This document shows, piece by piece, positions 1 through 6,351 of a stretch of 14,317 nucleotides of DNA; the first letter of the stretch is position 1, and the number at the start of each line of letters is the position of its first letter. The stretch comes from Nanobdellota archaeon (GTDB taxonomy: Archaea; Nanobdellota; Nanobdellia; SCGC-AAA011-G17; JACPNG01), in contig JBBSWJ010000009.1 in assembly GCA_038046345.1 (NCBI GenBank), forward strand, positions 1 through 14,317. The letters are read 5' to 3'. The notes below the pieces were generated by a model, which was not told the DNA's origin, did not search any database, and was given only the letters and a program-made list of their open reading frames with translations. Both the position numbers and the translations under genes were made by a program.

Positions 1-121
1 GGGCAGAGCTTCCGCCAGGCAGATATTCCTCATTGCTTCCTCTGATTATATCATAGTCTAAAGACTTGAGGATTTGTAAGACGTTCTCTTCAACGTGCTC
101 TTCAGTTATGAGGTGTTTCAT
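1..121 (-). CDS. hsdR: Type I restriction enzyme R subunit, N-terminal 40 codons (runs off the window)
   Basis: Manual translation from ATG at 121: MKHLITEEHVEENVLQILKSLDYDIIRGSNEEYLPGGSSA. This resembles the HsdR N-terminus (TE..vE...l..l..LgY....g....P). The ATG overlaps the HEPN stop (ATGA), and an hsdS remnant lies upstream in the same orientation. Not in the ORF track. Confidence 0.7.
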   Translation of the reverse strand, partial: MKHLITEEHVEENVLQILKSLDYDIIRGSNEEYLPGGSSA

Positions 122-561
122 TGTTTCACTTTCTGCTTCAGCAGAAGATACATCCTCTCTGTAAATTCTGTAACTTTTTCTGCGTATTCAACCGTTAGCT
201 GCTTCCCATAATAAGTAACCGAATTTCTAAAATATCTTAACTCATTAGCCAATGAAACATCTTTTTCCGAGAATCCTAATATTTTAAGGTAAGAAACTTC
301 TGCTTCGTGAGCAAATTGCCCAGAGGAATTGTATCCATCAAGTAGAAGTCTAGCACGTATTAATTCCATGATTATGTCATGACAATCTTTTACAATAGAA
401 TTTGCATTATATTCATTAATAATCATAGCCACCAGTCTTTCTTTCAAACCCCTAAATGATTTTTCTGACTCACTAATAAGAAATCTTGCTCTGGATGAGT
501 CTGGAGAACATCTTTTTATTATTCCTGCGTCGAGATATTCATTGAAATTTTTAGGCATCAT
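118..561 (-). CDS. HEPN-domain protein (putative toxin/RNase of an MNT-HEPN pair)
   Basis: 147 aa, helical, with AHEAEV and ELRYFRNSVTYYG (R-N-x3-Y variant of the HEPN Rx4-6H motif). Directly downstream of an MNT gene with TAATG overlap. Confidence 0.75.
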   Translation of the reverse strand: MMPKNFNEYLDAGIIKRCSPDSSRARFLISESEKSFRGLKERLVAMIINEYNANSIVKDCHDIIMELIRARLLLDGYNSSGQFAHEAEVSYLKILGFSEKDVSLANELRYFRNSVTYYGKQLTVEYAEKVTEFTERMYLLLKQKVKQ

Positions 562-1124
562 TACAATTCAACCCCCCCCGTAAGAATAATTCCATTAAGT
601 ATATTTTCATTCAAATTTTTGTGTATTGCAGTCCAGGATTCATAAAAATTAATATTGATGGCTCTCTCAAGCAATGTATCAAATTTAGCCGTTTCAACCT
701 TTTTTTCTTTGGTTCCAACAATAGCAATATCAATATCGGAACGATTCTCTTCTTTCTCAGTATAAACATCTTCCCCTCTTGAATAACTACCAAAAAGGAC
801 GATCGTACAACCTGGAAATTCATTATAAAGGAAATTAAAGAGCCCCGATTCGTAGATTAATTTTAGATTTTCTGCTCTTTTTAGTTGGATTGCCCGGGGA
901 TTATCTCTATTAAATGTTATTAAGGTAAGGTTGATCTTTCCTTGTTTTTTTATTGTGATAATTTCTTCTTTTTTTAGATTCGGCAATGCCTTTGAGACAG
1001 CCGTTGGCGTTACTTTGAGGTTACGGGCAATTTCTCTCATATTAAGAGATATCCCTGATTTGATGCAAAACAATCTAAATATTTCTGATTGCAGCTTAGT
1101 CCATTTTAATTTGTATATATCCAT
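561..1124 (-). CDS. Winged-HTH plus minimal nucleotidyltransferase (MNT; putative antitoxin/regulator)
   Basis: N-terminal HTH (LNMREIARNLKVTPTAVSKALPNL) and Pol-beta superfamily motif VLFGSYSRGED...SDIDIAIV. Confidence 0.85.
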   Translation of the reverse strand: MDIYKLKWTKLQSEIFRLFCIKSGISLNMREIARNLKVTPTAVSKALPNLKKEEIITIKKQGKINLTLITFNRDNPRAIQLKRAENLKLIYESGLFNFLYNEFPGCTIVLFGSYSRGEDVYTEKEENRSDIDIAIVGTKEKKVETAKFDTLLERAININFYESWTAIHKNLNENILNGIILTGGVEL

Positions 1125-1149
1125 TTTAGTTATTACGTGAATACTTTAG

Positions 1150-1156
1150 TTTATAT
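1150..1156 (-). promoter_or_regulatory. TATA-like box (ATATAAA) for the MNT-HEPN-hsdR unit, overlapping the hsdS stop codon
   Basis: 25 nt upstream of the ATG at 1124, the spacing expected for a leaderless or short-leader archaeal transcript. Confidence 0.45.
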
Positions 1157-1419
1157 GTCTTTCGGTTCTCTTTGGATCTCAACTGGAACTCTTATCTTTC
1201 CAGTCATCAATCTCGGGAGGAGGGAATCACGGATTTGTGATAAATTTCTGGATTCCAAATTTATTAATACGATCTGTTCTATTATTGGGGACATCACTTT
1301 ATCCGTCCTTCCTAATGTTTGCTTATCTGGTTAAAACTTTTGATTCTGTTAGATTGTGCCTTTGGATATGTCCCATTGTTGTAGCTTTCCATTTTGCAAT
1401 GTGCCTAAATTTTTGGAAG
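1151..1419 (-). pseudogene. hsdS: Type I R-M specificity subunit, C-terminal remnant, 5'-truncated and frameshifted
   Basis: Stitched translation LPK/FRHIAKWKATTMGHIQRHNLTESKVL/PDKQTLGRTDKVMSPIIEQIVLINLESRNLSQIRDSLLPRLMTGKIRVPVEIQREPKDI*. RDSLLPRLMTGKIRV is the typical HsdS C-terminal conserved region. Frameshift near 1331 and probably near 1410. No HsdS-like frame is seen upstream of about 1420. Confidence 0.85.
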
Positions 1420-1437
1420 AACGCCTTTAAGTGAGGG

Positions 1438-1614
1438 ATGATCTCTTTCAATGATATCCATAGCTTCATCAAGAAGCATATGGCTCTAAATGGAGCAACA
1501 CCTTCTCAAGTAGCAGAAATAGATATTGAATTAGGCAGAAACAGGTGGCTAAGTCTACTCAAACAAAGTCTCAATCACCCGAATACGACAAAAAAGGAGG
1601 TAATATTAAAATGA
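1438..1614 (+). CDS. Small 58-aa ORF, possibly a gene fragment
   Basis: MISFNDIHSFIKKHMALNGATPSQVAEIDIELGRNRWLSLLKQSLNHPNTTKKEVILK*. GAGG precedes the ATG. Its 3' end contains a strong Shine-Dalgarno (AAGGAGGT, 1594-1601) and an ATGA overlap. Below the ORF-track cutoff. Confidence 0.35.
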   Translation: MISFNDIHSFIKKHMALNGATPSQVAEIDIELGRNRWLSLLKQSLNHPNTTKKEVILK

Positions 1615-1691
1615 CCCTTTAATATGACAGAGAGTAATTTTAAGTTCTTAAGTCTCGTAGTATATTATTACTATTGTTTAAATTAAATTTT

Positions 1692-1731
1692 TCAAAGAAA
1701 AAGCCTGCCGATGCCAATTAATGACATCGGC
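1692..1731 (-). terminator. Hairpin plus U-tract downstream of ftsZ
   Basis: Minus strand GCCGATGTCA-TTAAT-TGGCATCGGC (1731-1707; 10-bp stem with one G-U pair), followed by AGGCTTTTTCTTTG. Confidence 0.6.
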
Positions 1732-1762
1732 TGATAAAGGAGGGCTTACTTAATAAGCTAAA

Positions 1763-2836
1763 TTATCTGACTAGGTCTATGCCTAGTTCGTGTGTGAACC
1801 TCTTTGCATTAGCTGCTTCTGATCTTGCGTTACCCTTGCCTAGGATGTATGGGCTGTTGACTCCGGTTATTATGGTCATAACTCTTACTTTACCTTTTAG
1901 TTCCGGGCATATTCTTGCTCCCCATATTACATTTGCGTCTGCATCAAGAGTTTCTGTTACAAGCTCACCGATCTTGCTTACTTCGTCTAGTTTTAGGTCG
2001 TTTCCGCCAGAGATATGGATTAGTGCACCGGTTGCTCCTTGGTAGTCTACTTCTAGTAGTGGGTTTGATAGTGCTCTTTTTACTGCTTCAACTACTCTAT
2101 GCTCGCTGTCGCTTTCTCCGATTCCTATTACTGAGACGTCTCCGTTGCTCATTATTGCTTTTACATCAGCGTAGTCTAGGTTTACTAAACTTGGGACTGC
2201 TATGGTTTCTACTATTCCCTTAATCATTGTGCTGATAAGCTCGTTTGCTACTGCAAATGCTTGTTCTACTGGTAGATTTCCTGCTATCTGGACAAGTTTG
2301 TTGTTGTCAATTACTATTACTGTGTCTGATACCTGTCTTAATTGGTTTAATCCTTGCTCTGCCTTGTCAATCCTTGCTCTTTCTATATCGAAAGGCATGG
2401 TTACTGTTCCTATGACGATTGATCCCATTTCTTTTGCTACTTGTGCTACTAATGGTACTGCGCCAGTTCCAGTTCCTCCGCCTAGTCCTGCGGTTAAGAA
2501 TGCTAAGTCAGCGCCTTTAAGGCATTCTCGTACTTCTTGTATTGATTCTCTTGCGCACTCTTCTCCCTTTTGTGGATATCCGCCGCATCCTAATCCGCGT
2601 GTTAGGTTCTTTCCTATTAGGATTTTTCTGTCTGCGCTCATTAATCCTAAGTGTTGTGCATCAGAGTTCATTACTATAACTTCTGCTCCTTGCACACCTT
2701 TTCTATGTAACCAGCTTGCTGCGTTTGAGCCGCCTCCACCGATTCCCAGCACTTTTATAGTTGCGTGGCCTACATTTGAGTGACCAAAGTCCGCTGCTGG
2801 GGCAGACTTTATTGCGTCTTGTACAATAAATTCCAT
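1763..2836 (-). CDS. ftsZ: Cell division GTPase FtsZ, archaeal FtsZ2-type
   Basis: GIGGGGSN, AGLGGGTGTG, T7 loop LVNLDYAD. PFDIERAR, PLLEVDYQGATG, VIWGARI and C-terminal GIDLVR resemble archaeal FtsZ2 more than FtsZ1. Confidence 0.97.
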   Translation of the reverse strand: MEFIVQDAIKSAPAADFGHSNVGHATIKVLGIGGGGSNAASWLHRKGVQGAEVIVMNSDAQHLGLMSADRKILIGKNLTRGLGCGGYPQKGEECARESIQEVRECLKGADLAFLTAGLGGGTGTGAVPLVAQVAKEMGSIVIGTVTMPFDIERARIDKAEQGLNQLRQVSDTVIVIDNNKLVQIAGNLPVEQAFAVANELISTMIKGIVETIAVPSLVNLDYADVKAIMSNGDVSVIGIGESDSEHRVVEAVKRALSNPLLEVDYQGATGALIHISGGNDLKLDEVSKIGELVTETLDADANVIWGARICPELKGKVRVMTIITGVNSPYILGKGNARSEAANAKRFTHELGIDLVR

Positions 2837-2845
2837 TTTGGTTTC

Positions 2846-2851
2846 CCTCCT
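2846..2851 (-). promoter_or_regulatory. Shine-Dalgarno site of ftsZ
   Basis: AGGAGG ending 9 nt upstream of the ATG at 2836. Confidence 0.75.
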
Positions 2852-2880
2852 TTTCTATGTTGGAATATATACGTTTGACT

Positions 2881-2914
2881 ATAGTAATATTTATATTTAA
2901 GTTCATATTACTAT
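2881..2914. promoter_or_regulatory. Perfect 10-bp inverted repeat flanking the probable ftsZ TATA box (candidate operator)
   Basis: ATAGTAATAT (2881-2890) and ATATTACTAT (2905-2914), with a 14-nt spacer reading GAACTTAAATATAA on the minus strand. Confidence 0.5.
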
Positions 2915-3155
2915 CCCATTAGAAGAAGCATTGTTTGCCGATGATGTATCTTCACACATAAGCGATCAATTGAGGTATAATCCACCTGGAAGACGTTGCC
3001 GCGTCAGAGGGTAGTTAAACCGTAATAAGCGTTATTTAATTATTTGAATGATCATGGATTATATAAATATTATTGCTCATAAATATCTAGTTATCTAAGT
3101 GTATTTTATACTATATAAATAATTAATTAATCATTAAACACTATTTCATCTTAAA

Positions 3156-4427
3156 ATGGATTATACTTTTGGTAAAAGAGTGACAATCACATCTGCAGGT
3201 GGTGTTCATACGGGGGTTATTATGCCCAATTCTAATAGTACTACTGTATTTCTAAAACTTGACTCAGGCTATACAATTGGCATAGCAAGAAAGACTATTA
3301 AAGCATCTAAATCCCATCCTCAAAAAATTCAGCCAAAAAAGATGAATAGACCATTAAAACCTGTTAATGGTTTACAGACAGTTTTAATCATAAACACTGG
3401 TGGGACAATAGCCTCTAAAGTAGATTATACTACTGGTGGTGTTATTCCGCAAGTATCTGCTGAAGAGTTAGCTGAGTTGTATCCAGAATTAAGGTCAATT
3501 GCAAATATTAAAACATTAACTGTTGGTAACATCCTTTCAGAGAACATGACCCCTGCAGATTATACTGTCATTGCAGAAGCAGTAAAGAAAAATTATAACA
3601 AGGTTCAAGGTATCATAATCACTCACGGAACTGATACTTTACATTATACCTCCGCAGCTCTTTCTTTCATGCTTGAGTCATTGCCAATACCAGTGATATT
3701 AGTCGGCTCTCAGAGATCATCAGATCGTGGATCAACAGATGCTTTTATGAACTTGATTTGTGCTTTAGAGTTTATCAATAAAACATATTTCAAGGGTGTA
3801 GCTGTATGTATGCATGAATCAATAAACGATGACTTTTGTGTTATCTTACCAGCAACTAAAGTACGTAAAATGCACACGTCTAGGCGTGATGCTTTCCAGC
3901 CAATTAACGCAAAACCAATAGCTAAAATAAACTACCTTACAAGAACTGTAACCATGGTTCAAAAAGTTAATCCCGGTGTTGGAAAACCTGTCTTTCGTGT
4001 AAGAATGGATCCAAAAGTTGCAATTTTAAGAGTTTATCCTGGTATTACACCAATGGCAATTAAAGCTTTTTCTAGGTTTAAAGGGGTAATAGTGGAGGGT
4101 ACTGGGCTTGGTAATTTGCCTATATTAGAAAAAAATAAAGCTAATTTAGCTGCTTTCAAATCATTATCTAAAAAAGGAATTTTTTTGATTGTAACATCTC
4201 AAACAATTTATGGCAGAGTAAACCTTAATGTTTATGCAAACGGCCGTATTCAGCAGGAGATGGGAATGATTGATGCAGGTGACATGACTACTGAAACTGC
4301 ATTTGTTAAATTATCCTGGTTGCTTGGTAATTTCAAAAAGGCTGAAGTAAAAGATTTATTTCAAAAGAATTTGCGCGGTGAGCTTAGTGAACGAAGTCTT
4401 CCAGATGAGTTTTTACCCCAGTTTTAG
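3156..4427 (+). CDS. gatD: Glu-tRNA(Gln) amidotransferase subunit D
   Basis: Short N-terminal domain plus asparaginase-like motifs TGGTIASKVDYTTGGV, HGTDTLHYT, GSQRSSDRGSTDA, KMHTSRRDAF. Confidence 0.96.
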   Translation: MDYTFGKRVTITSAGGVHTGVIMPNSNSTTVFLKLDSGYTIGIARKTIKASKSHPQKIQPKKMNRPLKPVNGLQTVLIINTGGTIASKVDYTTGGVIPQVSAEELAELYPELRSIANIKTLTVGNILSENMTPADYTVIAEAVKKNYNKVQGIIITHGTDTLHYTSAALSFMLESLPIPVILVGSQRSSDRGSTDAFMNLICALEFINKTYFKGVAVCMHESINDDFCVILPATKVRKMHTSRRDAFQPINAKPIAKINYLTRTVTMVQKVNPGVGKPVFRVRMDPKVAILRVYPGITPMAIKAFSRFKGVIVEGTGLGNLPILEKNKANLAAFKSLSKKGIFLIVTSQTIYGRVNLNVYANGRIQQEMGMIDAGDMTTETAFVKLSWLLGNFKKAEVKDLFQKNLRGELSERSLPDEFLPQF

Positions 4428-4582
4428 CATGGTTTAGTGATATAAATTATTGGGCAAAACTATGCTGTAATGTGCTGGTGTCACATTTTTTTTGGTTCCT
4501 ACTCTTCTTGAAGCATATTTTATAATCTGCTGTCTAGTTTTTGGTTGTATTTGCTTTCTCTTTGGCAAAGGAATAAATCGAA

Positions 4583-5194
4583 TTATTCTGTGTATCCTGC
4601 TTGTTTCAATGCCTGTTGTCCAACTGCTTTAAAGCAATCGGCTAAATATTTTATGTCATTTTGCATGAACTGTGTTTGGAAGAAATCAACAATGGTTTCC
4701 GTGCTTTCTCTAAATTTTTCATCTAACTCAAAATCTCTACAGAAGGAGTGATACCCAGTTGCAACAAGTTTTCTAAATCCGTTATACAATGGTTCTGGTT
4801 CTGCTTTAATTATTTTTATTGCTTGCTCTCTTGGTTTACCTTTAGACTCAGATATGAAGGCTATTAGATAATCTTGAAATGCTAATTTAATTGTTAAATG
4901 TTGAATTGCTAGATCAACTTGTCGTGCAGCATAATCGGCAAATTGTGCGCTTATGGTGCCTCTAAACCTATTTTTAACCTTTCAGTAAGCTCAGCCCTTC
5001 TTTCTACTTCATATGCTGCTAGTTCTAAAAAAGAATCAAATGTTGGTGCATCAGCCTTATTCCATTCAGTTACGGTCTCATCTAGAGTTATTGCAGCTTG
5101 TAGATTCACCACTTGATCCTTCTAAATGACTATCATTATACAATCTAACAGCTCTTTCTCCAAATGGTTCAATATCAAAGTTTAGTTTATTCAT
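4583..5194 (-). pseudogene. Hypothetical gene of about 203 aa broken by a +1 and a -1 indel
   Basis: ATG at 5194 (MNKLNFDIEPFGERAVRLYNDSHLE), extra G near 5118-5119, middle frame DQVVNLQAAITLDETVTEWNKADAPTFDSFLELAAYEVERRAELTE, missing A near 4980-4982, then an open frame to the stop at 4583. The ORF track shows only the last 68 aa. Confidence 0.65.
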
Positions 5195-5248
5195 TTTTGT
5201 AATCTCAATTTCGTAATTGATTTATTATATCCATAAAAATAGCTCCAT

Positions 5249-5380
5249 TTTATAAATGTTTTGGGTTTGATGGCTTTGTCTGAATAGTATCGTAAAAATA
5301 TTACTTTCCGGTCATATAGTGGTTTTCCGATCAGGCTTATATTGCTCCTTAAGAGTGGTCAATATAGAAAGATTTATAAA
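5249..5380. promoter_or_regulatory. Divergent promoter region with two TTTATAAA boxes
   Basis: TTTATAAA at 5249-5256 (upstream of the minus-strand gene at 5194) and at 5373-5380 (24 nt before the ATG at 5405). Confidence 0.5.
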
Positions 5381-5404
5381 TAAGCTTTAGTTATTAAATC
5401 TAAA

Positions 5405-6196
5405 ATGGCAGTATTAAAGGAGATTCATGATAAGTTTGATACTTTTGGTAGATACCGGTATACAGATCATTCTGTTATTTCAAAAATAAAAATAGTTAGA
5501 ACTTCAGCGGGGCAGTACGTAATAACAACTTATCCGGGGGGTATTGGTTCTGCTTTTGATGCTCTTGCAATAGAGTTTAATGGCATTGAGAAAATTATTG
5601 GAAGTTCTCCCCCTAATCAGGTAATAGTTAGTAGGGATTATGGACCTTCATTATTTCTTAATGTAGAATCAGCTGAATCAGTTGACGAAGGTAGATTGAT
5701 AGAAATGAGTGGTACTGTAGAACAACCTCCAATAGAAAATGTATATGTAGAAAGAGGTAATCCAGATTATGGTTTGTTTGATATATTACACACAGAAATT
5801 CAAGGATTACAACCAACTTTATCAATGTTATTAAGAGCCAATAACCGCGCCGCAAGGGGTGTTGCTCATTTTCAAGTAGATTCAACGGGCAGCACATCCT
5901 TTGATCATGTTAAAAAAATTGCAACATTTCATAGAGAAGAAACAGTTATGATTGCTGACGAAGCTGGAGATGGATTTCAAGCACTATTAGATTGTACAAA
6001 AAAGGCCGAATTTAAAAGTGATATGGTGAATGATGTTGTAAGAGTGGTTCTTCCTGGAGAATTATTTTGTTCTGATGGTAAAATATTCCCTGTAGAAAGA
6101 TTTGAGCGTAGCAGTTATATTCCAGAAGAGTTAGATAGTACACAAGCATGCAATTTCACAAGATTACACGAAGAAATGAAACGTTTATACAGTTAG
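5405..6196 (+). CDS. Hypothetical protein, no family recognised
   Basis: 263-aa ORF filling the gap before gatE, with a TATA box at the expected distance and codon usage like the other plus-strand genes. Confidence 0.8.
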   Translation: MAVLKEIHDKFDTFGRYRYTDHSVISKIKIVRTSAGQYVITTYPGGIGSAFDALAIEFNGIEKIIGSSPPNQVIVSRDYGPSLFLNVESAESVDEGRLIEMSGTVEQPPIENVYVERGNPDYGLFDILHTEIQGLQPTLSMLLRANNRAARGVAHFQVDSTGSTSFDHVKKIATFHREETVMIADEAGDGFQALLDCTKKAEFKSDMVNDVVRVVLPGELFCSDGKIFPVERFERSSYIPEELDSTQACNFTRLHEEMKRLYS

Positions 6197-6320
6197 TTAT
6201 TTATTTGGGCAGAAATGTTTTTTGAATCTTAAATAAGCGCAGGTATTTTTCTAATGATAGAGTTAAATGGGGTGCAAGGAAAGATTTAGGCTTAGCCAGT
6301 CATTAACAACAACCAAAAAC

Positions 6321-6327
6321 ATATAAA
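6321..6327 (+). promoter_or_regulatory. TATA-like box of gatE
   Basis: ATATAAA 24 nt upstream of the ATG at 6352. Confidence 0.5.
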
Positions 6328-6351
6328 CTGTATCAATCTCAATACCGTGAT

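Noticed and set aside
611-1434. ORF-track entries 611-823, 931-1140, 1137-1334 and 1237-1434
   Set aside because: Off-frame or antisense to the MNT gene and the hsdS remnant, with no independent support.
1779-2906. ORFs of 88, 102 and 193 aa antisense to ftsZ, and a 67-aa same-strand off-frame ORF at 2703-2906
   Set aside because: They overlap a clear ftsZ, have low-complexity composition and no motifs, and are explained by codon bias.
1706-2943. TGCCGATG occurs on both sides of ftsZ (1706-1713 and 2936-2943)
   Set aside because: A single 8-mer with no mobile-element context. One copy is an arm of the terminator hairpin, so chance is plausible.
3004-3056. Possible C/D-box sRNA (AUGAUCA ... 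CUGA on the minus strand)
   Set aside because: The C box is imperfect, no D'/C' boxes are present, and the interior is mostly AT-rich spacer.
2837-3155. Possible degenerate cdrS (minus-strand GLYLN*S resembling GxYxNRS)
   Set aside because: No start codon, the flanking residues do not fit a ribbon-helix-helix, and five residues can match by chance.
4980-5120. Stop-codon recoding (TGA readthrough) as the explanation for the broken gene
   Set aside because: The interrupted frame also contains TAA, the alternative frame is more protein-like, and TGA acts as a stop at 118-120.
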